NCBI RefSeq assembly: GCF_001194135.2
Contig: NC_068987.1
Span: 5,773,875 to 5,810,646, forward strand
Source: Octopus bimaculoides
Taxonomy: Eukaryota
Reading direction: 5' to 3'
DNA: 36,772 nucleotides
Below, piece after piece: positions 21,179 through 32,640 of the stretch. Below the pieces are notes generated by a model, which did not search any database, was not told the origin of the DNA, and saw only the letters and a list, made by a program, of their open reading frames with translations. How positions within the stretch are numbered: the first letter of the stretch is position 1; each line of letters opens with the position of its first letter. A program made the position numbers and the translations under genes.

Positions 21179-22203
21179 GCACACACAAACACACACACAA
21201 ACACTCACTCCAACACACACACTCACACGACACATGTTATATATTTGTCTATGTATCTAATGTGTACGCATGCTCATTAACACTTTCGTTAGACCATCGG
21301 TTTATTCAATGCTCTTAATTTTCACTTCTCTCATTCTTATCAGCTTCATCATTTATAACTTTCCGAAACCCATGTGCGTTTCCTTTTTTTCCTCATCTCG
21401 ATTTGCATAATTTCATTCTCAACATAAATCCCTTACCATTCTTTTATTTCTCTTTTACTTCCTACCAGTTTTATAGTCCATTGAAGAGATAACAAATACA
21501 TTATGATCATATTAAATATTGACAAATCGTTGTAGCTATTAAAACATAAAATTATATTGTTCCTCGTTAAATATTTTATTTAATAGCAAAATAAATGTGA
21601 ACTATCAAAGCTTTTCAACCGTGCAACTATGACCTGGTTTCTGAAACTCCACTTAAACCTCTATTAACTATATATTATAGCATATATATTTTATTGCATA
21701 ACTGTTTCTAGGTGAATATCATTGGACAATATGGACGTTGATTATTATCATTTAATCTACAAAAACTGGGTAAGATTTATGCACTGTGCTTAGCTAATGA
21801 AAATCCAATAATATCGCTTCCATGTGAAATATTTCAATCTGCTTGGATGGTCTTTTGTCTTACTTTACATTTACTTGAAGCTGGGACTTCTTTTATTAAC
21901 TGAATAACTTGGTGTTTTAATTTAATTGTTTAGAAATACTTGTGTATAATACAAGTAAAAAATCGAGTAGAAAGTAAAGAGTCCTTACAAAGTTATATTT
22001 CTCGTTCTCTACATTTCTCTCCTCCGATATATATATTAATAGTTATCGCCAAGCCAACATGGCAGTCCAAAAAATAGGACGAATGCTGCCGTTGATTAGC
22101 TCTAAGAGGGCATCGCCTTTAGCTAGCTATGTGACACACGAACCTGTGTCCATTATAACCTTCAAACAGGGGAGGTCAGCCGCCTCTCCTTGCTGGTCTG
22201 GCA

Positions 22204-22245
22204 TCTACAGACTAGTTTCGAGGTATTGCCTCTTATCAATGTAGA
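22204..22245 (-). ncRNA. Type I minimal hammerhead ribozyme-like motif with U3-A8 core variant
   Basis: Minus strand: UCUACA-UUGAUAA-GAGG-CAAUA-CCUC-GAAA-CUAGUC/UGUAGA. Stem I 6 bp perfect, stem II 4 bp perfect, palindromic stem III (ACUAGU), GUC site, cleavage between 22210 and 22209. Confidence 0.75.
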
Positions 22246-22260
22246 GCAGCCGAATCCAGC

Positions 22261-22291
<31 letters not shown>

Positions 22292-22346
22292 TGTATGTAT
22301 GCATGTATGTATGTATGTATGTATGTATGTATGTATGTGTATGTGT
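22261..22346. repeat. (TATG)n array
   Basis: Directly visible. Lies 5' of the minus-strand HHR at 22204-22245. Confidence 0.95.
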
Positions 22347-22439
22347 GAGTGTGTTTATGAGTTGTTCTTGTAGCATTGGCGAACCTAGTAAAATAAAGGA
22401 CCAGTTCTCTGATTACTAAATAAATTCATCTGCCGTTTA

Positions 22440-23200
22440 TTTCTGGATCAGAAAACATCCCACTAGTATAGATTTTGAAAAAGTAAGAATTGGACCGTAC
22501 CATCCCCGTTGTTTATTTTACACTGAAGATAATAATCAGTGAGCGTGGATGGAAGAGGTTCCCATCCTAAGACAAATTTACGAGAGACTCGAGTAAGAGA
22601 ATGAATTTATGGACGGCCTTTTCCTTACCGCAATAGTAACGCAGATTGTAGATGGATTCTGTAAGAGCGTGACAAATTTCTCGCCTGGTAAGGTTTAATT
22701 TGCAGCCCATTAAATCAAGGTATATAGTGCCGCGGAATGGGAATAAAATCGATAAATTCTTTTTCTCAATATCCAAAACTGCCATCAACTCCATCATAGA
22801 ACAACTAACCAAGAGCTTTGGGAAAACCTTTTCCTCAATCATCAAATAAACGGCTGCCATTCAAAAATCCCAAAATAGTCATAAAACCAGGTTCAATAAA
22901 ATTTAAACGTCACGTCAGATCTAACTGGAATTCATCATTTCCCATGACCTCTGACTTCTGTATTACAATGTTAAATTGACAATAGTTGAGATCCTTGAAA
23001 GGGAGATCGGAGGTTCTGTCTTCAAGTGGTTGGGTCTTCCACGCAATATCAGCAATGTAGATCTGTAAAATAACATTTTGTTGTCCACATTCAGTGACGG
23101 CAGCGAAGAGTTTATGGTAACGTAAACAAGAGACGTCTTACAGTGCAAAGAGTCCAAAGAGTTGATTGCATTTTTAACATTGATACGAAACCACACATTT
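22440..23200 (+). pseudogene. Decayed RT and thumb region of a HERO-like RLE non-LTR retrotransposon
   Basis: Plus frames with stops and shifts: EFMDGL, CRWIL, RFNLQPIKSRYIV..NKIDKFFFSISKTAI..I.EQLTKSFGKTF, LL.YNVKLTIVEILER..KWLGLPRNISNVDL, SEEFMVT*TRDVLQCKES. These match recalled HERO ORF motifs (AFMDDL, FKPAKSR, WLGLPRSLS, EEFMVT.AR.VLQYRES). Confidence 0.75.
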
Positions 23201-23458
23201 CGAAAGGTACAATCGTTAGAGATCGACACTGCGTCCTTGAGCTGTCTCTATTCTAAAAACTCCAGAAGGATAAAACGATAGAGTCGACCACAAACTTATT
23301 GAACTCAAATATAAAAGGGATGTAACTGAATAACAATAGATTCCTGGTATGCCTGCTGCTCTTCCAGTTCTGCTAATAAAAATACACGCACACACACATA
23401 TTTAGAGAGAGAAAGAGAGAAGGAGAAAGAGTGATTGATGGAAAGAGACAGACAGAGA

Positions 23459-23509
<51 letters not shown>

Positions 23510-24195
23510 CGAACTTGTGATTTTCAACCATCCTCAATGCATTTTAATATATTTTAATTCCGACATTTTCTCAGTGCACTACAATGGCGAGGGTTCTTCT
23601 CTGAAAGTCAAATCTGTATAAAACCGTGCAATGGGCTCACTTTTTCTTCTTGCTGTCACCAAAATACATCTGTTTCTCACGTTCCAGGTTTTAACATAAA
23701 TATTTTCATTAATCGTTCTTTCTACAGACAATATCTATCCGAGATTTGTTTCTCGGATTTCTTCTCTCGACAATATGAAATATATCATATAAAATATAGA
23801 ATATATACAGTTTGTTATATAAATTATTTGCATCACAAACACGCTTATGCCACACAATTGTTCCATTCTTCCACTCTAAGAGGATTCGAAAACGCTGTAA
23901 GTGTCTTCCTTAATTAAATTAACGAATGGGATTTCAAAACATGCGCAAAAAGGCAAATAGTTATATAAATGGGAAAGCAGGGTAAAAGATAAATGAAACA
24001 AATAGATAAAAAAAAAAGTGGGGAAATATTGAGATGAATGCGTAAATATATTATAGATGTAATTAAATAAAAATAACATAGAAGCAGAGTCATAGATGTA
24101 TAAAGAATATACGAGATAAATTAGAGAACAGATCTTCCTCGCATCAGTCAATGAAAACAAACCGAATGCAGCGCGGAAGGATAGAAGCATATTAA

Positions 24196-24241
<46 letters not shown>

Positions 24242-24351
24242 NNNNNNNNNNTTTCTCACATTCTTTGCTTCTTTCTTTATATCTCTGCCTCAGCTCACTC
24301 TCTTTCTCTCTCCGCACACACATTCATATACGTCCACCTACTCACACACAC

Positions 24352-24387
<36 letters not shown>

Positions 24388-24441
24388 GTGCGTGTGTACG
24401 ATATTTCATCGCACCTTTATATTTATTTATTTATTAAATTC

Positions 24442-24662
24442 TCTTTTACTCTTTTACGTGTTTCAGTTATTTGACTGCGGCCATGCTGGAGCACCGCCTT
24501 CAGTCGAGCAAATCGAACCCAGGACGTATTCATTGTAAACCTAGTACTTATTCTATCGGTCTCTTTTGCCTAACCGCTAAGTTACGGGGACGTAAACACG
24601 CCAGCATCGGTTGTTAAGCGATGGGGCTAGGGGTGGACAAACACAGACACACAAACATATAC
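24442..24662 (-). mobile_element. SINE family B, 3' half
   Basis: Near-consensus reverse complement of 12520-12720. Confidence 0.85.
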
Positions 24663-25009
24663 ACTACACAATGCATACTGCATTTAAAGGCGGTATTTCG
24701 CCTTGCTGATACTTCGAGAATTACATATGACAAACCACTTGCATGGATCTGTGCGTTGCAAATCTTGCTGCAGCGCATAAATCTGTTTTCAGATTAACCA
24801 GAAGCATTGTAAGCAAGCTTGCAAGTAACTATTCAACGTCAACAGCGATATACAACCAGAAAACGCGGTTAGCCAACGATACTTTCTGAATGATTGTCTC
24901 CCATGGTATGTCTATGTTAGAGAGAATATACCGAGAAGAGAGCTTGTCCATCTTCCTGTTTACGTTTGCTGTCATTTATATTATAAATATTTAGAGGTTA
25001 TTTGTTAAT

Positions 25010-25590
25010 GTGAACACCGTCAAGAGACACCAGTTTGACAGAGCTAAAGACGTAGAGTAGAAATATGCAAATCAAATTACAGAGGAACAACTGGATTTAG
25101 TAACATTTTCAGGATTGAATTTGGTTATGAGACGTTTATAGTTGAAAGCTGGACTAGAAATATACCATTTCCAAACACGGCTATCCTTAACGTAAATGGT
25201 ATATTTCTTTCTCCGGTTCTAGTGGAACAGGAGAGAGGGATAAAGATGCTACAAATGTGTAGTTATTGAGGAAATATATGATAAAAGATGTTACGAAGAA
25301 AATTAGAGTGACCAAAGGATATTATATCAGGTATAAAAATATGGCGGTCGGGACTTTATTCAACCAAAAAACAAACATTAATCCACAATGTATTTTCAGG
25401 ACTGTGCTAATATCAACGTTTTGCATATTTCACTGGTCTGCAGACGATATCCGCTCCATAGATAGAACATCTCGGAAACAAAATCTCAAGTAACGTTATG
25501 GAGAGTCCCTAACTGAGCGAAAAAGAGATGATGATGAAATTTAAGATCATTCCAGGCAGATTTTGAGTGTTGTATGATATACCTCGGAGA
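25010..25590 (+). pseudogene. Decayed RT C-terminal region of an R4/Dong-like non-LTR retrotransposon
   Basis: EQLDLVTFS/RIEFG, YKCVVIEE, KKIR..YY, FCIFHWSADDIRSIDRTSRK resemble QLDLVKTFS..MEFG, YKYLGIEE and F.IINW..DIR.IDRKTRK. Many stops and shifts. Confidence 0.55.
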
Positions 25591-25905
25591 GTATCTGCTA
25601 AATATATCAACCTTGTGTTCAATGGTGGAGAAAAAAATATCTTGTAAATTCAGTAGAATCAACAAGATGCACTAACTTTCCGGTAGGCTTTCAGGCGCAG
25701 AATTTCTGAATTACCTCGACAAAGATTTAGAAAAGAAACACTGTATGTTACTGCATGCTATGTCTACAATAAATTTCAAGATATTGCTAACGTTAGCATG
25801 AAGTGTAACCAGTCTTAGTTTTGTGGTCGTTACATCACGGCATCTTTCGAAGGTCATATTTTTGCAACCCAAGCATAGACGATAGCTATGAGATAACTGT
25901 TTGTA

Positions 25906-25954
<49 letters not shown>

Positions 25955-26768
25955 TTTTTTAATCTATAAGATACAACCAAAGTTATCGATTATATTACGT
26001 TTGTGATTAACATATTACTTATGAGATTAGCAGCTTCTCCAAATAGGATAAAATATTACCTTCCAACACAATATGCTGTGGTTGGTTTTTGTAAAACAAT
26101 ATACAATACAGGCTGCAGGAAAGACTGTCCTGCGATAAATATTGAGAATACCGCTGCTATTGAACACTTACATAACAACCGATATATTTTCTGAATTGGC
26201 GTCAATAAAAACTTAGTGAGAAAGACGTAAAAGCACGGAAACTACGCAGTGTTGCTGGCAATTTTAATGTTAATGCTGATCTAGACTGACTATATCGCTT
26301 AACAATGTTGAATACAGACGTACGAAGACGTACAATGCATACTGATAGCATAAGTCTATTAAAACTTTCACTGAGTACAATGATACGACCACTGATATAT
26401 TTGTTTTGAAGGAAAAAGGGAAAATAAGGGCATAAGCAAGTTTTTCTTTCAAAATCAATGGGAAAACCTGCATTGAGTGACAATAGCTACGAAAACTACG
26501 ACTTCTCCACAGAGATTATAGATTCACATTTACACCAATAGAAATGAATGCATTTGGCCATGTTAGTAAATGACTAAGTGACAAGCAGAAACAGTCAGAG
26601 ATTCCGTGTAATAAAGGTTATTATACAATACACACTTTGCTTGCAAATACAAACAACTCTTAGCAGAATAGAAAAAAGAAATACGTATTTTGTTATCCTG
26701 ATTCCTGTCATATAAATCAGCTAAAGGAAAATTCCAGATAGTTAACGATAAAAGATTATATACATATT

Positions 26769-26800
<32 letters not shown>

Positions 26801-26929
26801 TGTATGTATGTATGTATGTATGTATGTGTTTGTGCATGTATGTATTTGTGTGTGTATGAATGTATGTATCTATGTGCGTGTATGTATGTGTGTATGAATG
26901 CAAGTATGTATGCATTAATACGTGTTCCC

Positions 26930-27065
26930 ACGGTTTCTACCTATCAATTTCCACTCACAAAATATTGGTCGATCAGAGATTAGGACAGACGCAAATTAAA
27001 CAAAGTGCTGCGTGGTCAGATCGATCCTGGAATTACGTTTACGAAGCAAACATTAGACCAAACAG
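26930..27065 (-). mobile_element. SINE family B, 5' part, highly degenerate
   Basis: ggtttctacctatcaatttccactcacaa..attggtcga. Confidence 0.45.
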
Positions 27066-28040
27066 GAATTGCCTATGCTTAGCTTTTCATTTTTCCGTGG
27101 ATCTTTGGATCAATGACCAGGGAGTGGATGTTACCAGAGAGAAAACTTGGCATGCAATAATGCATAAAACTATAACGAAATAAAAGTCCCCATACCAATA
27201 AATGCGTGTTTCGAAAGCTATTGTAAACTATACAGCAATGCCTTTGTGTCAAGATATCAGATCAAATCATTCGACCAAAGAAATATTACTCGCTTTTCGT
27301 AATATCCCCCTTCAGATATTTTGCCATTTAATTGAGCGTTTGCTCAATTCCATTCTGTCACAGCAGTCAGGATTTAAAACACGACAAGTCTTGGAAACAC
27401 ATTTTAAATCAATAGCGTACATTCGGCGTTAATCCGCCCTTAAATCCAACTCGTATCCATTTATCTAACAAAACTGTATTAATTTTGCACTATATAATTA
27501 TTTACAATCTTCTATGCTCGTGTACTGACATGCTCGCAAGAAAATGTCATTCTACATACAGTTGAATATTCTGCAAGCATATATATAAATATACCGTAGA
27601 ACTAAATAACAGTACAGACGCAAAATAACTAACCCTTACATCCATCCATAATCACATATTCAACACATATTTAATCTTAAATTATATTTACTATTTTAAG
27701 ATACGAATTCATTTTGAACATACGTTGATATAAATATGTTATTATATTAATAATTATTGAGCAGATATCTGGCAAGTTCTTTGTGTTAAATTATATTATA
27801 TTTCCTCTAATTGAGTTTATCTCTTCCTCCGCATATCAGGTTGATTTGAATGCTAAAACTTCATTCAGCAAAGACACTTTCTAAAGATATAGCAAACAGC
27901 ATAAAGAGTGTATTGTATATTGGAGTATCAAATTGCTTCATCGAATATATATTTTACCTCATAGAATATAAATATTTACCATTCTTTTCAAAGTAGACTT
28001 TTGTAAGATATCAGAAATTTCTAACATGATGTTTGCGTAT

Positions 28041-28200
28041 CTGTGTGCGTATGTGCGTGTGTGCGTATGTGCGTGTGTGCGTATGTGCGTGTGTGCGTAT
28101 GTGCGTGTGTGCGTATGTGTATAAACACACACACATATATATATATGCGCGCGCGCGCGTATGTATATATGTGTGTGTGCGTGTGTGTGTGTGTGTGTGT
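28041..28200. repeat. 16-bp (tgtgcgtatgtgcgtg)n plus dinucleotide arrays
   Basis: Directly visible. Confidence 0.9.
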
Positions 28201-28412
28201 TGAGAAAAAACAAATCCGGAGAAGATGCACACTGTAAGAAGTAGAGCAATCTATATTAATTACTGGTGAAGGCCGGTTTATAGAGTTACCCTGGGTTTCT
28301 CACCATAAAGGATACCTTTATGGCATATATTTAGACCCCAAGACCTGTTGGGCAGTGGCCTCTTTAAAATATGGAGGGAGGCCAACAAGTCTTAGGGCCT
28401 GAGATACGCTGT

Positions 28413-28771
28413 GCTGGGGCTCCGCCTTGGAAGCCTTCAGTCGAACAAATGTCGGGTGTGGTTCTTATTTGTAACTCTAGCACTTATCGCATTCTTTTGC
28501 CGGGCCTCTTAGTAGAGAGATAAGTAAACACACACACACACTCACACACACACTCATACACGCATGCGCGCACACACACACACACAGACACGTAGTTATA
28601 TATACTCCGGGTTTTCACCCAGTTTTCGTCCACCAAGGTCAGTCACAAAGCATTAGTCGATCCGACGAATTAGTAGAAGATACTTGTCTAAGGTACCATG
28701 CAGTGGAACCGAACCCGGAACCATGTGTTTGCAAGGCAAGCTTCTTAACCAGGCAGACATACCTGTGCCTC
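28413..28771 (-). mobile_element. SINE family B, degenerate full length
   Basis: Head gaacccggaaccatgtg..aagcttcttaacca, body tagtagaagatacttg, 3' end ttcagtcgaacaaat. Confidence 0.65.
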
Positions 28772-29384
28772 TAAAATAAGCGCCGACTGAGATACTTACG
28801 ATGTTTATGTTATTAATCATAGTCAGGTATTTGCTTCTCTTTCATTTATTTCAGATTTTACGAAGCATTCTCTTGTCACGTCTGCGTTCATTTTTCATCC
28901 GGAACAGAAGTCCTAGATTGTTGTTGTTCTCGTTGTTCTCCTTGTTCTATAATTCAATATGTTATATATAAAATTTCTATTTTCATTTATATTATTATTT
29001 TATCGTTTTCCTGGTATTTAAGTGAGCGTTTACTGCACCAATAAGTGTATTTCCGTGCTTGTCACGTGCCTACAACATTACTGCATATTTTTACGTTATT
29101 GCTAAATTCGTGTGTATTTGTTGATTGTTATTGTGTTACTATTTCCAGTGCTGCCTTCGTGTGCCAACATCTGTATACATGGTGACCTTAGTTCATTGTT
29201 TATTTTAATGAAAGTGCATTGCGTATACGCTTTCTCTCCTAATAGTACTATTTTTGTATCGTGGGAAATTGTGTGAACTCTGATTATAACCTCAAATCAA
29301 GTTATTTATAATTCTAGCGGTGCAGCAAATATTTGTTCTCTATCCATACAGCATCTATCTTCGTATCTTGTTTCTTTTTTTTAT

Positions 29385-29590
29385 TTTTACCTTTATTTCA
29401 GTCATTGGATTGCGGCCATGCTGGGACTTAGTCAAGCAAGTCGAACTCAATACTTATTTTTAACGTCTACCACCTTCTTTATCGATCTCTTTGACCAAAT
29501 CGCTGATTTACGGGTAAGTAAAGAAAGCAACACCATTGCCTCCACCATTTGTCACACGATGGAGGCAAATACAACACAAGCACAAAATCT
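29385..29590 (-). mobile_element. SINE family B, 3' half, degenerate
   Basis: tttcagtcattggattgcggccatgctgg...atcgatctcttt. Confidence 0.6.
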
Positions 29591-29837
29591 CACGCACCTT
29601 ATTCCGTATTCTTCTAGTTTTACTTTGAAAATACATAATTGTGAGAATAGTAAGCAATTCGTATTTTGCGTGGTTTAAAAGTAGTTTTTTAGTTTAATTT
29701 TCATTCCTTTTAGTTTTATGTTTTTTCGTTAACGATGTCTATTCTTCTTAACAATATTTCGTATTGATTTCATGTATAATTTCATCTTAAACGGAGCGAA
29801 ATGTCCCTGGGTTTCATTAATATTTTTCTTGATATAA

Positions 29838-30272
29838 GGCGGCGAGCTGGCAGAAACGTTAGCACGCCGTGCGAAATGCTTAGCGGCATTACGTCTGTCT
29901 TTACGTTCTGAGTTCAAATTCCACCGAGGTCGACTTTGCCTTTCATTCTTTCGACGTCGATAAATTAAGTACCAGTTGCGTACTGGGGTCGATCTAATTG
30001 ACTGAGGCTCTCCTCCAATAATTTCGGGACTTGTGCCTAGAGTAGAAAAGAATTGTTAGCACACCGGGCGAAATGCTTAGCGGTATTTCGTCTGTCGTTA
30101 CGTTCTGAGTTCAAATTCCACCGAGGCCAACTTGCCTTTCATCCTTTCGGGGTCGATTAAATAAGTACCAGTTACGCACTGGAGTCATTGTAATCGACTT
30201 AATCCCTTTGTCCGTCCTTGTTTGTCCTCTCTCTGTTTAGCCCCATCCACCTGTGGGTAATAAAGAAATAAA
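29838..30272 (+). mobile_element. Head-to-tail dimer of SINE family A (tail type 2 then tail type 1) inside one TSD
   Basis: Unit 1 spans 29838-30053 and unit 2 spans 30055-30272, lacking the first ~20 nt. TSD aatatttttcttga at 29819-29832 and 30271-30284. Confidence 0.85.
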
Positions 30273-31137
30273 TATTTTTCTTGACATGCAAATGAGTGCA
30301 AAGTTTCTCCTTCACAAAGTATATTCTTCGGGGCATTGTTGCTTCATTAGATATTTGCGTGAGTGGCGAAGAAGTAACTTTACATCTGGGAAAAAGTTTT
30401 TACAATTGATTAGTATCTTGTTGAGGAGTTGTCCTTGTTGGCCTAGGAACCGATGTTAACGAACAAGAATTATTGAAATTTCTTCTCAGGAGACTTCGGT
30501 TGCTCAGAATCACTTCACCACTGGGAGAAAGAGGTCTGAGTTTTCACTCTATCTATGTTAGCCTCATCTTCAAACAACTGAGAGTAAATAGGACACTAAA
30601 TGAGAACATTAAATAAGCTATATCACATTGTCCCAGTGTCCTATTTATAGAACACCGAGTATTTCCATTTCTACTTGAAGTAAAGGAGTTTTAATAATAA
30701 TTTTTCTTTTCATTTTAACCTATTTTCAATCATCTGTAAAAATTCAAAAGTAATATTCAGAAATTTAAGTACTCTGGGACTTTAATGGTTTTAAACAGTG
30801 CCAAAATGTACATTGTGCTGTGCTATAGTATCTATTTCTAGATACATTTGTCAAGAAGTATAGTCTTTGCATTTCTCTCTCTTCCAGTATTCTGAGATTG
30901 GCATTTTTTCTCACTTTTAGATAATAAAGGACACGTATGAGCACGTGAGAGCAAATGTGTTCATATTTATATTCTTATATATTCTATTGTCTAATCTGTG
31001 CGAAGTTGCATGTCGTTGCTGAAGCTGGCATGACAAGAAATTGTTTACAAGTGAAAGTGGATAGAACGCAGTCCCATGAGATATCATTAGGGTGAACAGG
31101 TTTTGTTCCAGTGTTGGTTTTATACGATTATATCTGC

Positions 31138-31850
31138 CTAAAATGATAAATGTACACCGTTGCAACGTACATTTAAATGTTCTGGTTTTCTCCACTGTAT
31201 AATACAAGTTATCGTCATTACTTTGAGAATGTGTAGCGCAAAACTTGAAGTAATGAAAGATTTGATTGTATAATGACCTTCATTATCGATTATATTTGAG
31301 TCTTGATAGTCTCTATTATCCTCAAAGTATTTGATTAAGGTTAATGATTTGTTTGCCCTCTGCATTGTGTCTTTCGGTAATGTTATATTAGCCCGGTTTT
31401 CGATCCAAGCTGAGCTTGAGTCGTTTTCTTCACGATTCCCATATACTAAATCGCAGAGTTTCGACAAATTAACATATTTGAGCAAAATCCATTTAGCTGA
31501 ATGATTTCCAATGCACCTGTTGCTGGTTCATTAAGAATATTAACGTTTCCCATATCTAGAAGTTAGTTTGCAAGTTCCCTTGATCAGAATTGGCCGAAGA
31601 ATTTGTGGCAGTGTACTATGACTATTCCTGAAGAATTTCCTTCCAGCCACAAACAGTGGTACAGTTACATCATCAAACAGACTGTTAAAGTTTTGCACAT
31701 CTTGAAATTCCGGTCAAGAAACTCCATTTCATGAGTTCAAAGTTGTACACGTAACTCATCAATTTCTAATGGCCAGCTTGTTCCATTAATTTCGTACTTT
31801 TGCGAAGCAAACTGGCTGCAATTACAGCTGTGGTAGTACCAAGTCCTGAA
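31138..31850 (-). pseudogene. Helitron PIF1-like helicase remnant, heavily decayed
   Basis: Fragments AVIAASLL, IDE..THEMEFLDRN/QDVQNFNSLFDDVTV..AG, and LCDLVYGN...WIENRANITLPKD...HYTIKSF...HILK...RCNGVHL correspond to helicase segments SGIAATLL, WDE..M.H..EALDR.L.D...FGG.TV..GDF and ERAILAPKN...HYP.EF...H.L...LCNGTRL. Confidence 0.65.
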
Positions 31851-31853
31851 AGT

Positions 31854-32170
31854 GCGTGGCTTAGTGGCTAGGGTATTCGGCTCGCGATCGCAGGGTTGCG
31901 AGTTCGATTCCCGGCAGCATGGTGTGTCCTTGAGCAAGACACTTTATTTCGCATTGCTCCAGTCCACTCAGCTGGCAAAAATGAGTAGTACCTGTTTTTC
32001 AAGGGGCCAACCTTGTCACACTCTGTGTCACGTTGAATCTCCTTGAGAAGTATGTGAAGATGAACGCGTGTCTGTGGAGTGCTCAGCCACTTGCATGTTA
32101 ATCTCACAAGCAAGCTGTTCCTTTAATCGCATCAACCGGAACCCTCGTCGTCGTAAGCGACGGAGTGCCA
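31854..32170 (+). mobile_element. tRNA-derived SINE family C, inserted in Helitron remnant
   Basis: gcgtggcttagtggctaggg..gcgagttcgattccc...accctcgtcgtcgtaagcgacggagtgcca. Confidence 0.85.
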
Positions 32171-32640
32171 TAGAACCAAGTGCAATGGTATGGCTATTGT
32201 TTTCTGAGATCGTTGGTTATTCATTATGATATTCATCACACTGCGCTTCTTTGTATCTCTCCTTGCATTCGGGCAGTGAATTCCAACTTGTCCTCATTCA
32301 CATGGATGATTCCACTGACAAATATTAATTATTGGCAGAAATACCGTAATATTTTTTCGCGGTTGGTCTGCATTGCGTCCCTATTCTTCAGTTATTACGC
32401 TGATATTTGTTCTAGAGAAATAATACTTGCAAGGCCGTAGATGGAATAAATGTCTAAGCAATCAACAACGTTTTCAAATCTTTCTGGATCATCAGTAAAG
32501 CGACATACAGGATTCTGATGCATGATGTGTACCACGAGGCAATTCTACGACTTCCCATCCAGATATCTTCTCTTTCTTCTCTGTCAAAGTGAAATTCTTG
32601 GAACACCAGCACAGTGTATGTTCTGTAGCTTCGGGTCTTT
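32171..32640 (-). pseudogene. Probable upstream continuation of the Helitron RepHel remnant
   Basis: Weak matches (REDI...LYVALLMIQKDLKTL; NREKILR; HVNEDKL), colinear with the helicase remnant across the SINE insertion. Confidence 0.4.

Noticed and set aside
22910-23062. Apparent terminal exon on minus strand (ttttacag|IYIADIAWKTQPLEDRTSDLPFKD...LDLT*)
   Set aside because: It lies exactly antisense to a HERO-like RT remnant whose motifs are recognisable on the plus strand, so it is most simply a shadow frame.
22567-23229. ORF-track ORFs 22567-22860 and 22963-23229 (-)
   Set aside because: Antisense to the decayed retrotransposon RT, with no recognisable homology.
25400-25490. Candidate plus-strand exon (ttttcag|...CAA|gtaacg)
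   Set aside because: The frame matches the R4/Dong RT C-terminal motif (HWSADDIRSIDR), so it is a transposon remnant.
26172-26190. 19-nt minus-strand micro-exon reading KYIGCY (WSC-like)
   Set aside because: Too short, with no compatible neighbouring exons or further domain residues.
30515-30577. Minus-strand exon-like LFEDEANIDRVKTQTSFSQW*
   Set aside because: Acceptor only, no homology recognised and no upstream exon.
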